This document shows positions 23,719 through 38,000 of a DNA stretch of 64,000 bases, piece after piece. This stretch comes from Tubulanus polymorphus. Lineage: Eukaryota > Animalia > Nemertea. The position numbers were made by a program, and so were the translations under genes. Below the pieces are notes generated by a model. That model did not search any database and was not told the origin of the DNA. It saw only the letters and a program-made list of their open reading frames with translations. The stretch spans positions 8,827,950 through 8,891,949 of the forward strand of contig NC_134026.1 in assembly GCF_964204645.1 (NCBI RefSeq), written 5' to 3'. How positions within the stretch are numbered: the first letter of the stretch is position 1; the number at the start of each line of letters is the position of its first letter.

Positions 23719-25484
23719 ATGATGAAGGGACCAGTTGAGCTTATTGAGGATTCTTCTCAGTCGAATATGAACAGCGATAACTCGGCGAATGAATTTTCCG
23801 AGTATATGTGGATGGGTGAAGAACTCGAAGAATTCGACCGGCAGGTTAGTTTAGTATATTGCTTATAATCATTCAGGGTCCCTACAACTCTTCGATTACT
23901 TGAAATCTTCTAAACCAAAAATGTTTTCAAGGTCCTTGCATATATCCTTGAATTTGAGCAAAATGAAGTCCTTGAAAACTCCTTGAATTTGGAGAAATTT
24001 GCAATTAGAAAATGTTTAGGTATTAAGCCAAGTTAGCAGTCAAAATCCTTATATACAAGTTCCACTGAATTAATGGTTTACCGAGATAAACTACCAATTT
24101 AGGTGGAGTCTACAGTATTTAGGATATGAAAGTGATGCATACACTCCTGGAAATTTGAATTTTTCTCCTTGAACAGAAAAGTTGTTGAACTCTGGAATGA
24201 CTGATCAGTAGAGACCCTGTTATTGTAATAGGCAAAAGGGGTTATATATATTTCAACTTCACTTGAGAGGACGTTGGATGGCCTAGCTCAGTCAGTTTTG
24301 GTCGTACATACCCGATATAGGTCATTATTCGTCTCGCAGATTTGTCTCCCGGTGGATTCCATTTATGCCGATTTGACGGAGAGCCAACTTAATAGACACC
24401 CTCGCTTGAAATCAGACCGAGACATGATACGACGTAAAGGCAGTTTTACCTGGTGGCTTCTCTTTTTTACAGGTCGAAGAACAGTTCTGGCAGGAACAGT
24501 TTTGGGAGACTTATTTGGACGAGTTGATGGAAGGAGAGAACGGCGATGACAAGGTCGAACTTCTGCAGATGATGGACATGCTTTCATTCCAAGATCATCC
24601 GCAGCCGAGCGCCACCGCCGGGCCTGAGACGAGTAACGCTAGTGCGACGAGTGGCTTGAGTAACAATCATCAGCATTCTACTGCATCTGCTTCATTTTCG
24701 AGCAATTCAACCTCGTCAAATGTAAGTATATACTACAGGGTCCATACGACTCCTTAATTCCTTAAAAACTATTTCGAAATGGAAAATGCTTTCAAAGGTT
24801 CTTGAAACTGGTTTGATTTGAACAAAATGCCCTTCAAAACTCCTTCAATTTTGAGAAATAGGCAATAAGTAATTTTTGTCTAGTTCAAAGTTGTACAGTT
24901 GACTGCGTTTTGACATGAAATAAATTATGTATATACAATAAACTACATTGGCACTACCGACTGCCCATGATTATGGGTGATATTTTTCAACTGAAATTCG
25001 TCGCTCCAACTGTGCTGGAATTTGCTTTTCTCGGGAGAACATTTACCAGTCCTGCAAGATCCAATAAAAACCAACCATTTCGAAGTGTGGTTATTTTACA
25101 GCTGGATGACCGCTTACTTACCTGGAAAAGTCGGGGAATTTTATTTTCTTACTTTAAAAAGTCAGGTAATGATAGCCAGGGATTTCCTCTAAAAAAAAGT
25201 CAGGGAAATTTGTTCATATCGCTAGATTGCTCGATAATCAAGCAGTTTTGTCCATGTCTTATGCAGTTAGTTGATTGGATTCTCAGCAGATCGACTCGGG
25301 GAAAACGTGTATATCAGGGAAAAGTAAATAAAATAAAAGTGGCCACCCGAACTGTTTCTACTGTCAAAACGTATCAATTTTTTGTGTTCCCGATATTTTT
25401 CAGGCTCGCGGCAGTACGTTAAATCCAAACGCTCCCGAATTCATTCCGCGGAACGTTTCGCCGGTCAACGCCGCCGACAGATGA
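23719..25484 (+). CDS. PAIP2: Poly(A)-binding protein-interacting protein 2, 151 aa
   Basis: Phase-0 exons 23719-23844, 24473-24721 and 25404-25484. Acidic PAM1-like EFSEYMWMGEELEEFDRQVEEQFWQEQF and PAM2 STLNPNAPEFIP. Probable 5'UTR exon with a donor after 21455. Confidence 0.92.
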
Positions 25485-27993
25485 GTATTTTCGTCGGGAG
25501 TTTTTTTCGTCGCGTGAAAATCGTCGTCGCGTTGCTGTTTTTCTTTTTTCGAAACGGACGACAATCGATCGGCGTTCCATGAGAAAAGACATGATTTATT
25601 AGCGTACGTCTGTTCGTACGTTAGGATTATTCGTCGGCAGACGCGTCGTCGACATCGCGTATATTCATTCATACATATACATATATATATATAAAGAAAT
25701 GTTTACTTTCCGTAGAAACGTGCTGTAATTTTTTCGCGACTGAACGCATGGAGAAAACGGGGACGGATCGAGCCTCTCTATTTGACCATATCGCATGTGT
25801 GTTGGTGTTTAGAAAAGCATAAGATGATTGCGGAAGGTGATCGTTGTCGTGCCGCGCTTTGCGCTGCCTTCGGAGGCTCGGGGCGAATTTAGACTTAGGC
25901 CTAAAGCTATTCTACGCTTTCTCCGATTAGATGAACGCCGAGTTCATCGCCGGGAAATCGATTTAAAAATGGTGGCGATAGTTTCAATCCGTGTCGCGTG
26001 ACGCGGTCGATCCGTTCTAGGTCCGCCCCTCGAAAATGTTTTGTTTCGAGGTGATGAGGCGATTTGTGGTTTTCGTATATTCGGGTGATGGCGGAAAGAA
26101 AATTCGAAGGAAAAAAAGGATGTTTATGATTTGTAAAGAGATGCCCCCTTTGTCGATTCAGTACTCGCCGGTAAAGTTACGATTTTATTGTTTGTTCTGC
26201 AGTGTTCTCCATATGCTGGAATTTTATGGGGCCGCATTTATTGTTAAGTGTATGACATCTTAGCCGCTGAAGTAGCACGCTTTTGATCCCCTCCAAAAAT
26301 ACAGGAAATTTGAGTTCAATTTTGATGTAATCATCCATTTTTCACATTAGCCCTGCAAAATATTTCTGCGCATTGATACAATGTTGACTTCGACTCTGGT
26401 AGGGGCTGAAGATATTTTATAAGGGGGGTGGCTGATTTTCAGAGGGATGGATGTAAAAATGAAATGGTGGCCGCCCCTCTAAAAAAACCTGATGTGGAGA
26501 ACACTGGTTCTATTATCAAAAGTATTTCGTCTTTAAAAAGTAGGTAGTGTATTATATGTAGTATATAGTTTTCTGAAAGAAATATTTATGATTTATAGTG
26601 CAGGAATAGTTGTGCCAGTAAATAAAATGCTCACTATGAAATAAGTACTATTTGACGGTACGTTTGAAAATTCTAGCATCTTATAGAATTTTCGGTTTAG
26701 TCTCGCAACTGGTGAGATCAGAGCATATTTCTAATCGTTGTCATTGTAGTTTTTTTTTTTTTTTTAGTCAGGGACTTAAGATAAAAAGGCACTCTTGTCG
26801 GTCGTTTAGTCCTTAAATATCACGGAGTGATGATGAAACATTGCTTCTCGTCGAAATTATCCACCCTATCTAGTAAAACGTTGGTAGGCTAATCAAGCTG
26901 AGTCTACACTTAAAAAATATTGAAATATGCAGCCATTTTATTAACTCTATAAGCCTAGCCGTTTTAACATCAAAATGATGCAATCTTTCGATTTGCCTGA
27001 AATGCCTTTTAACCACAAAACATGTGTCTAAAATGTCAGAAAATGTAGAAAATGAAATATTTTGTCCTGCCAATTTATTCACATTTTTATGTGGTACTTG
27101 AACATTGCTAAAATTTTCATCTGTATACAAATTTCATATTCTGCGCATCAATGATGTGGAATACGCTCGAATTCGGTTTCTTAAAAGTGTAGATGCTGCT
27201 TGTTAGTTCCGTGATTCAACTAGAGAAGCAGGTGTTCTCGTTTCTGTGCTCTTGAATTTTTTCTCCGTCTAGAAACTAGTTGTAAATTTTGTACGGTTGG
27301 GTTTATCGATATGCAGCGTTCCGAAAAATTGTCAAAAATCATTATATGAAATCAAGATATATATAAGATCGATACGAAGCACATCGCATATTTATACTCC
27401 CGGGCCCGGTTTTGCAGACCGGTAGTACCTTTAACCCGGGGGCTAGCTAAATTGAAAATGAATTAAGTTAGCCCCCCCGGTTAAAGGTTATACCAGTCTG
27501 TAAAACCGGGCCCTGCCTTACAAAAGGTACAAAAACGAAAAAAAAAATGTACATAAGAATACGCCCTCCCTCAAAACAAAACTATTTAAAAAAAAATCTC
27601 TTGCATGTGCGCCAGTTTATCGTATATCATCTTATCGTGAGATCTGTTTCCGACTTCTACCTATACCTTTGCTTTTAAAATGAAAGCCGCAAGTTTTCAT
27701 TTGTAGACATATATGATATAGGTTTATTTTCATAAGAAGGAAGTGCAATTGTACATACAATATTGTCATGATGCGTCGATCGATGGTATCTATTGCAATG
27801 TATTATTATGAAGGGAGCTTTTGCCGGCGTCTTGTATTTGAAAGATGCATTTTAAATCGTGGTGTAAACGGGTGCAGGTCCAGCCGGGTTTCTCGCGAGG
27901 TTGCGTTTTTTGTACAGACGCGGCCCTTCGGCGACCCCGACCGTTTGAAGATCTCGTAAACCTGTTATTCTCTATGGATCTGTTACTGCTAAA

Positions 27994-27996
<3 letters not shown>

Positions 27997-28029
<33 letters not shown>
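27997..28029. repeat. (TA)n microsatellite
   Basis: Uninterrupted atatat run. Confidence 0.9.
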
Positions 28030-28031
<2 letters not shown>

Positions 28032-28177
28032 AAATTCAGGGAAATTAGAAATTGTATCACTGAAAAGTGTTCAGATTTTCAACCCGATATTCGGCTGCCT
28101 TTAAAAAAAAAACTGACGCATGTTCGTATCTGTTTAGATCCAATCATATTTGAACAATTTAGAAAGAACTCAATTTT

Positions 28178-28468
28178 AACCCTCTCAGAACCGACTAATT
28201 AATACCCGAAAGTGTTGGTGACGATTTGAAAAGTTTTTAGAAATTCCACCACAATGTATTGAATAGCAGGCATACCTGTTTAGTGCGTCTACACCGCAGC
28301 GCGGTGTATTGTTAGTGACTAATATTTCCCTATGTTTGACAGGTGCTGCCACCTTTCAATAGAGATAAAAACCTTGATAATTAGATTAATACATCGCGAT
28401 GCGGTGTTCTAGCAAAGTCCATCGCTGATTTATACTTGCACTGCGGTGTAGATGCACTGAAAGGATTG
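28178..28468. mobile_element. ~290-bp TIR element (aaccctctcag...ctgaaaggatt); inverted copy at ~35335-35620, fragment at ~49990-50072
   Basis: Shared internal caccgcagtgcggtg palindromes and degenerate TTAA-CCCT ends (piggyBac-like). Confidence 0.6.
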
Positions 28469-30042
28469 AGAAAAAAAATTGTTGAAGGAAATATAGAGAT
28501 GAGATCTATTATACCAATATGTTGTTGATTTCAGGTTGTTGATGACAGGCCTATGCAAATTTCAGTAATGCAAAACCTGTGTGTCATTCTTTCGATTTCA
28601 AAGTGCAAATTTTCGTGCTTTGAATTTTCTTCATACACGGTAATAAACCTCATTCTCACAAATATTCAGGAAAAAAAGAGAAAAAAACATTTTTTTATGT
28701 TTTTGAATCAATGAATTCAATTTCAAATAATCGAGATTCAACAGGTTCGGTCTGATTTTAAGCGCTAAGAATGAGTAATTGCCCTGTAATAACTGGAAAA
28801 CATTAACAAAACACTGGACATAATATACATCGACACTGTTAAGATATATGTGGGCAATTGTTGAAAATCACTGCCTTTTTGTCATGCTGTCTCATATATG
28901 GTTGGAATGTAAACTCATAAAGAATGTCAGTTACGCTTTTTGAAGACCGTCAACAGGGAATTTAGCTGTGATGCGCGCTGTCACAAATTTTTGGTAAAGT
29001 CTCTTACAAATATTTATGAGAAGAAAGATTTGGCATGCACAGTTGGTTATAGAGAAAGTGAACTTTTCTTCAACTCCCGGAGTTTACGTTGGTAGTGTGA
29101 AATTAGGTAGCTCGTGCCACCAGATAGCGTGCCTAGAAGTAGGACATCCTCGATCAAAACCTAAGTCCGATTTCGATATATATTTGTCTTCGGCCTCATC
29201 AGAAAAAGCAAGATTCTTTGGTTCAGATATAGAGGTGATGCAGCCATGTGCATTTTCCACGGGACTTCCTCATATCGGCGGTCAAATGCAATATGTGATT
29301 TACCACACGACAAAACCTCGACGTTTGCAAATCCCCTGATTATCTTTAGTCGTAACGTATGGCAAAGGTCCGGCACTGGATGGAAAACAAACTGATATCA
29401 TGTGCATTTACCTCTATATGATATAGTTTTATATACCGTTCTTCTTATTGCGAGAAAATCTTTCTAACATAAGCCGCGATCACACGGAGACGATTTGGCC
29501 CGGCCAAATTGGCACGGATCATGCTCGAGCCAAGTTTGGCCCATGCCTAATTTGAGAGCGCGCTCACGCGCAAACCACTCACTCGGTACAAAACAAGGCT
29601 CAAACAAAGCGAAGTGGGTCATTTCCGGTACCAGTTGCAATTCAAATGCAATCATTTGTCTCGTGCTAAAATTTGGCCTGGTACGACGTTGACCTGGGCC
29701 AAAAATCCTCATGTGACTGCGGCTATAGATGGAATCCCAAGAAATACAGCGATGATGTCCTACTGTTTACCAGGGCACCTGGTGGCGCGACCTCACTGTC
29801 ATGCCATATCACGCGTGCTCACTGGAGTACTTGTGAGAATATCTCGGGCTTGAAATTGTTTTTCGGTCTCGTATTTGTTTCAACACGTAAATCAAGGCAA
29901 GCTATGAAATCGATACCGTAGTCGTCAATTCAGCGGCGTTGATTTCCTGTGATCTTTTAGTCGTCGATCTGAAATATGAAAATTAATTGCATTTTCTTGT
30001 ATAGTCGTATTAAGCCAGACCAAAGGTGGGTGATGTAAAAAT

Positions 30043-30077
<35 letters not shown>

Positions 30078-30369
30078 TAATAGCAAGCACTGGGTTTGGT
30101 ATTTATGGACTTGGGGTAATTAATCAGGAACGATTTGATTATTGGAGTTTCTGGTATGTATGTCGAGTAATCGTGCTTGATCCGATTTTAAAACTATCCG
30201 CAGTATACTACTTGCACTTGACTGCGCCAGTGTTCTCCATATGCTGGAATTTTAAAGGGGCCGCATCGTTACGTCGTGGCTGCTAAAGTAGCGAGGCTTT
30301 CGATTCCCCAAAAATTACGGAAAATTTAAGCAAAATTTCGGTGTGATCTTCTATTTTTCGCATTAGCTC

Positions 30370-30590
30370 GGGGCTGCCAACCTCTTGAAAAGTGCTATCA
30401 GTAACGAATTGAATTTTTTTCAGTAACATTTCGTTGAAATATGAAAGAAAATGTTCAAATTAATCGGTAATCAACAGTAAGACACTCAGTAATAGCTTTC
30501 ATATTTCTATATGCATCAAACAAATCAAATCAGTATTTCTCGTTATGAAATAGTAAAAAATACTGAAAATCAGGAACAGTTGGCAGCTCT
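30370..30590. mobile_element. hAT-like MITE nested in another MITE
   Basis: TIR ggggctgccaac/gttggcagctct with an 8-bp duplication attagctc/gttagctc; the insert is absent from the sibling copies at 17087 and 26200. Confidence 0.8.
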
Positions 30591-33500
30591 GTTAGCTCAA
30601 TACGTTTTGATACGTTCATCAGCATTGATGGAATGATTACATCCACTCTGGTAGGGGGCAGCAGATATTTTATAAGGAGTGGCTGATTTTCAGAGGGATG
30701 GAGGTAAAATGATAGGGGTGGCCGCCCCGCTAAAACCTGTTGTGGAGAACACCGATGTACTGAGCCTCGATGGCCATGGTACTGTAAATGAGTTATACAA
30801 GTTGACTGTCAAGTAGTCATCAAACTGGACTTCGAAGGCAAAATTGACTTCAAGTTCGACGCTTTAACATGGTGGTGACAGATCGAGTAAGCAGGAGTTT
30901 TTTAATTCTATCGGGATTAAGCGGGTATTACTGCATACGATTTATGAATTGGCTCATAGAACTATTGTTCACCATTACGTGTACACAATCTGTATGTATA
31001 TAGATATAAGTATTATAATTTATGTCAATAAATCGGAAGCAATGATTCCAGAGAAAAATGTGCCATTGATTAATTATTATTTAACAAATATCACTGTGAT
31101 GATGATGATTTGGTCATTTATATTCGAGTTTCGAAAATGATATTTGATCATGAGTAAAATTTTGGTCTGGCTGTGCGTAGCACGTGGATCGTCACGTCGG
31201 GTTTTCTTTTTTTTTTGTAGAACGAAAAGAAACCTCGAATGACGAAAAATGTGCTCAAATCTTGGTGATCAGTTTGTGAGATGTTGACTCAACAAGTTTC
31301 GATGAATTGTATTTCCATGTGATAATTGTGTACGTTTATGTTTCCCTGAGGTGGTTCATTGTAGGTGTGAGGACTACAAGTAATTCGAATCCTTTCAAAC
31401 TGAATTGTCACTTAACTTGAAACCTTAAATCTTAGAACCGTTGATATTGTATATTATTAGAACTCCATTGTCGAAATTGAATTATCCACTGTAAACCTCA
31501 CCTTACTCGGATGCGGCCAACTCTGAATTTCAACTAACTCGGACAAAAACAAAATCATTTCCGCTACTTTCCCATCCTTAAACTCTGACTTCATTTATAT
31601 TGGACCAATTTTGCTGGTCCCAGTTTGTCCGAGTTAGGCAAGGTTTTAACTTTATTACTAAATCCTGATGCCAATTTGATTCGAGTTAAGAGGGTCGTAT
31701 TAAAAAGCTTGTATTTGAAATATCCTCTGTTGGAGCTTTATATTGAATGTAGATTATTTCGTAAGTATTTTGGTACGTTTTTCGCAAGAAGTTGAACGAA
31801 TTTCATTATTGATCGGTTAGCACAGTTCTACGAATTAACAAGTGCCGAGGTTATTTCAAACTCTAGATAATTGACCCGCGTAGAGAGATAACTATATTTA
31901 TTTATCGGTTGATCGAATCCTTTGTCCGATTGTGAAATTCCTAATTTTTCAACTTTCATCGCTGCATTTACTTCGTGGTTCGTAATTCTCTCTCTAAGCT
32001 CTTGTATTTAGGCTAGAAAAAGATTTATACCTTGTTTCTCATTTTTGCTGGAGCTTAAAAGTTAACCGGCCAGGTCGCCTAATTTCCCTGCACATAACTC
32101 TTCTTTTTAATCATGATCAAGCTAACCATAACTGACCCAGCCATTATAGAAATGAACTGATGAAAATTTGATTGCAGTTAACAAAATGACCCAGCCAATA
32201 AGACAAACGAGGTATCACTTTATTTTAGCCTTAGTAGTACATGTAGTATTGTCTGCCACAAAAATATTCAGTATTTATATCAGTTTTTGTGGATTCGGTT
32301 TTTTACGGTGGTTGATTGGGCAAAACGGAATCATTTGTCGTAGTCATCATAGTTTTAAAGAAAGGTTTTAGTCTGAAAAATTGTCAACATCTTTATTTAA
32401 AATTTTTTCTCATTTACTTAGAAATCCTCGCCAATTATCTTTTCACACACGCTTAATTTCATCTTTATTTTGCCGTGACAGTTATTTATTATTTCTTTTA
32501 TTTGTCCATCTTTTTAATGGACGAGCTAAATTCTCATTACAAGTGAATTAATAGGGTTTAAATCAGTTCAGAGTTATGGAAATGTTGAGTCAAAATTCGG
32601 TCATCTGGCATATTATTTGTGTATAAGTTTTTGTGTGCAATAAAAATTATTAAACTCCAAAAAAATATTGCTTTTTAGTCAGCTATTTATTTGATTTTTT
32701 CTAAACTTTGGATTCTTTTGTCCACGGCGGAAAGAGGTTTACATAGGACGAATCAGTTTCTCAGAAGGTGCACTTGCTCTCAACCCTCAAGGCTGTTCTA
32801 GTCACTTCTATGCTCTGGTCACAGCCATAACTATTCCAATTTTGAATATTTAACGAGATGAGTAGTACTATGTAAGGTCTTGCGTCAAATAAATAGTTTA
32901 CCTTACTACTCATTATTTATTCTAACACTTTTTGTTCCATAACGTTGCTGTGTGAATCATTTCCAGTATTGCATAAAAGGAGTGTGGCAACGTATTAAAA
33001 TTCAGTATCCGAGTACTGATCAGTGAATGCATGCACTAAGAAATGTAAAACACCGGTGAATACTAAAATACCCTGGTAAGCATCTTATTCAGTTTGGATG
33101 GATTTCTTCATTACACAATAGAACCTTGTTACAACGACCCCAGATAGCAATTTTTCGCTTTACAAAACTATTCATCACAATTTGGAAAATTTGAACAAAT
33201 TAATACTGGAGATAACAGACTCTGAACCACAGAGGAGAGGGGTTTAAGAGGAACCGACCGAAATCTGAAAGAAGCCTGTTGAAAAATCAATTTCTCAGAA
33301 ATTGAGTAAAGTCCTAGGCTTGACCTGTCTACTACCGGCACTTTAGGCCAACATGAACTTAGGACTGGCATTGAACTCTATAGGAAACAGAATCGTGAGA
33401 AAATTAGCTGTCACAACCGAGTCTTCTTAACTAACCAGCACCATTTCAAAAGGTCTGCATTTTTGTGAAATTGAACTCCCATGAAATGAGTTAATTAATT

Positions 33501-33715
33501 AATACGGGCCTGGACCTAGCAGTTATAACAAACATATTTTCTTGTCCCCTGAAGTTCATTGCAACGAGGTTCCACTATTTATTACCGGGTAATGACTGTA
33601 GAAAAGATTGACAGCCTTTTCCCAAAAAAAGGCATGAAAAGGATTAAAGGATGGGTTGTAATGAACCGCTGAATAGTCACAATAGGTGCTTGAATTAACC
33701 AGAAATGAATAACTA

Positions 33716-33874
33716 CGGGGGAACCTCGTTTAAACGAACTCAGATACAAGGATTCATCGGATATAACAAATATAGAATTAAGACTATTTGATTAATTTTA
33801 TACTTGATATAACTATCGGTTGTAATGAACATATTTTCTCGTCCCGTGATGTTCGCTGTAACGAGGTTCCACTG
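33716..33874. mobile_element. Tc1/mariner (pogo-like) MITE; half copy at ~33525-33577
   Basis: ta-cgggggaacctcgtt...aacgaggttccactg-ta. Confidence 0.65.
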
Positions 33875-34650
33875 TATAACCAGTGGAATAAAGAAACTAC
33901 GAATGCAACCATTTTTGCATGATTAAATCAACTTCATGTTGGCTATTTTTATTCAGTATTTACATATTTGTAGTTTAATTTACATATCTACAAGTGATAC
34001 TGGCAGTTTCCAGCCAATTGATCTACAACTGGTAAAATAAACTGCCATGTGCCATAAATTGGAATAATTCCCAGGCATACTTGATATAACGATCATAATG
34101 ATGATTAATGTCTTAAAACATGACATCAAATATCACACAAACATTTCATTGTATTTTACTTTTGAACTACAATCAGTTCCATCACACTTCTTTATACTGG
34201 CATTTTTCATTAAAATCTGACCATTTTGAGCTTCAGCATTTCCGTAAAACTAATTCATATGTTTTGTATTCACCACTAGACAAACAAAATTGACACCTTG
34301 TTTTTCATTTCTGCCGATATGAGCTTAAAAGTTGATCCAGCCAGCTGCCAATCTACATACCCCATACATGACTATTTTAAAATTCATGATCGGCCATTAC
34401 TTATATAATATTGCTACATACCGATATTTATCCAAGAATAATTCCGCAAGTGTTCCGTTTAATCCCCAAGCTAGTTTTGAGCCAAAATGTCCAAAATTGA
34501 GTTGGCAATTTTCTGAATTTGATTGGCATGTTTATATTTGAGCAGCTACACATGATGTCTCAGAGCATTAGATCAAGAACATACTGCATTCTATCAGTAA
34601 TCTCTCTTCTGACATCAATGCGAGGGAGGCGCAGCAACGACTAATGGCTC

Positions 34651-34900
34651 ATAAGATAAAAACCCACTATGTACAAATTAGAAGTAGTTTAAAATCGAGA
34701 ACTTATACCATCAAAAAATTATAAGACACAACGTTTCGATCTCACACCTGACAAGGATCTCTAGGGTGAGATTGAAACGTGTCTTTTAATTTTTTGATAA
34801 AATAAATTCTCTATTTTAAAATACTTTTAATTTGTACATAGTGGGTTTAGTGGGTTTTTATCTTATTATCCTTTCACCACGTTTGAGTGTCGCTATTCCG
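34651..34900. mobile_element. Second palindromic Penelope-like remnant with a degenerate hammerhead
   Basis: Arms ataagataaaaacccactatgtacaaatta... and ...taatttgtacatagtggg...tttttatcttat. Centre acac CTGACAA ggatctc tagggt gagatt GAAAC gt. Flanking near-duplication gactaatggctca/gactaaagggctca. Confidence 0.65.
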
Positions 34901-35069
34901 ACTAAAGGGCTCATCTCGCAATGTGGCAAGAATAGCATCAAAAGAGTAAACGAAATCCATGGAATCGAGATAGTAAAGCACCATAGAGCATAGAGCATGA
35001 GCATGAGAGCGTGTTGAGCAATTTTAAGACCGGGTAACTTTTTTAAGAAGTAACTTCAATAGATTACTA

Positions 35070-38000
35070 TTAAGATATACAACCAACTGGTTCACCGTAT
35101 CTAATTTTCTGTCCTTCGTTGATTTCGAATTTAAAGTCTTTCGGCGCTTCGAATATGAGAACGATCGTCGATCCGAGGTTGAATTCACCGAATTCATCGC
35201 CTTTCTTGATTGCGATACCTTTTCCGTTGTTGTTCGTAAAGCCTCGATCGAAGTATGTGCCCTCTTTCCACCTTCTACCACAGTTCGTTACGAGATCCTA
35301 AAATGTTGAATCCAAACGGTACATTACTCATTCATTGATCCTTTCAGTGCATCTTCACCGCAGTGCGGTGTATAAATCGGTTATGGACTTTGCTAGTACA
35401 CCGCACTGCAGTTTACTGATGTAATTAGATTTCTTTTTATCTCTAATGAAAGATAGCAGCACCTGTCAAACACAGTTAATAGTAACTAATAATACACGGC
35501 AGAGTAATGTAGACACAATAAAGCAGTGTGCCCGTTTGTCAAAAAACGGGGGTGAAAGTTTTTTAACAATTTCAAATTATCTCCAGTACTTAAGGGTATT
35601 AATTATTCAGAGGGTTGAAATCTATTCAGTCATATAAAGCATGCTACAATAGGACTCCTGCCTACTAACTGATTACACCCTCCATGCAGGAATTTTAAGA
35701 TGGTATGAACCCTTGAGCAATAGCAGACTTCAATTTGACCCTATCAACCATCCATAAACAAACAAAAAAATTTACTACAAGCGCAATATTTGATTGGCAA
35801 ATGATGATATCATGTTCTGTTGGAATAGAATTTCAAATTGGTCAAGTATTTCCAATTAGTAAATCTATTTCATGTATCCCTTCCAAAAGCACTACTTCTG
35901 CGAAGAACGAAACAGCGGGCTGTTTAGATGTTGAATTCGTATAGTAGGGAAGTCAAATTTTAACACGCAACTGCAAAACTTGCTGCGTGCCCAGAACCAG
36001 TTTTTGAAAATGGCTCATAGAATTGAGTTGAAACATTAAGCTACCAGATAGTTTTTCTTTTTATAGTGGGTTTTTGTCAACTAACTGCGTGCCCAGTCTG
36101 CTAGGGCAAGGTTTCATTTCGTGTTAGCCAATCTAATCAACAGACTAATTGAAGCGTAAACTTACCTCGTCGAAGTTGACCTTGATCGAACCGACATTCG
36201 TAGCACCAACGGCGGTCATCGAAAAGAAGCCGTGAACCCACGAACCGTAGTAAACCGCTCGCTCGTTGAAATTAAACAAACCTTGTACCCAACGCGCTAT
36301 ACCGGGACTAACGCTCAACAATTCACCTGAAATTAGAATAAAATGCATAACGGGACATTTAGAAATGAAAAGAAAGTACGTAGTCACCGGCTCGCCAGTT
36401 GTGAGTTAGACAGTTAAATTAAGAGTTAAAATGAGTACATCTTTGATTGTTCAACTTTTTTTATCTTGAAATAGGGAATGACCCTGCTACTTATCTAATT
36501 GGTAGATTTCGTATTGATTTTTATGATTCGGTGTCCCTTAGATGAACAGGCTCAGATTGACGAACTCTCGAATTCCCAAATATTTTCACATCGTAACAAT
36601 TTTGTCACAATGAAATAATACCAGGTTTTTCGCATAATTTATCCAGATTTTTCATTTTCATATCAAGGCAAAATAACATTACTGGGCCAGTTGCTCAAAA
36701 TCTCGTTGGAGTCAAACAGTGGATAGTTGTCGACAAAGTGTCAAATCAAAGTTCATTGATACTACAGTATTTATCCGCCGTTTACCGGTAACCAACTTTT
36801 CAGAAACTGGCCCATGGTGGTTACCGAATCTATACGGATTCAAATGAAATTTTTTATATATTCTTCGGCCGCTTGAACACTGATTCTGAGCCACGGCACG
36901 GTGTATGGCATAAAAATGAGGATCAAAATATTTTTACAGAAACTTTTCTTAAATTTTTCACAGATTTTCATATTTTTTCAAGCAGGCATCCATTTCGAAA
37001 GTCGATGCGACACCTGTAAACGGATCGAAACGAAAACTTCGAACCGCGAATTCGAGAATAAAATTACCTGGAAAATGACGCCTATAGCAGACGTTCCACT
37101 CGGTCGGCGAGTGAAATCGATGATAATCGCCCGGCGCTAAGTATATAACGCAATGGTATAATTCGTTCTCCGGATTCGTTTTGATCGATTGTTCGTATTC
37201 TCGCTCCGATATCGAACGCGCGTTCGCATTCGATTCGTCGTCGCCGACTACGACGGGTGCGGCGGCTTCGCGGCGCGTATCTTCGCTCCACGTCGTCGGT
37301 CCGAGAAATCCATGCAGTGAATAACGGATGCCTTTCACCTGTTCGAGGTGACCGTTGTCGACGAGGCCGTAGTGTAGAATCTTACCATCAGCCGGACTAG
37401 TCTGCGGAAAATAAAACCAATTCAAGATCATCGTAATGGCAAAGTAGAGCAAAACAATATTCAGGCCACGAAAAAAATGGTTGTTTCTCATCAGCTTCAT
37501 TTTCCGCGCCTGCCAAAAAAAGTTTGTCAGTGAAAAATTAAAAATGCACGATCTTTTTTTGTTTCTTTTTTTTTGAAAAAGCTAAACATTCCCTGAACGC
37601 ATCCTGATAAAAAACTTGATCACATTTTTTATGTTTTTCTTCACCATCGTAAAAACATTTATTTTACTTATTTCTCAGAAAAACTATTCAATAACAAATG
37701 AGTGGAACTAAGGTTTGAAAAGGGGGTCGTCATTACGGTATTGATTGCTATTTTACCGAGCCAAAATGTATCTAATCTAGTTTTGATGCATTCGACTCTC
37801 TCATTGGTGTAAGCTAAGCTCCTAATCTCTGATCATAATTTTTAATCTGGATATCTGTATGCGCCACGCCACCTAATAGAATGAGGGTGAACCCCTGCCT
37901 CGATACAGGGGTTTTTGCACATAGCCCTAGTCTGCTAGCCCTGTCCAATAAACCAAGGCCCTCAGACAGATTTGATATCGTTTAACTTTTTCAAATTATG

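Noticed and set aside
24967-25422. 151-aa plus-strand ORF
   Set aside because: Lies within the last PAIP2 intron over repeat-like sequence; no recognisable protein features.
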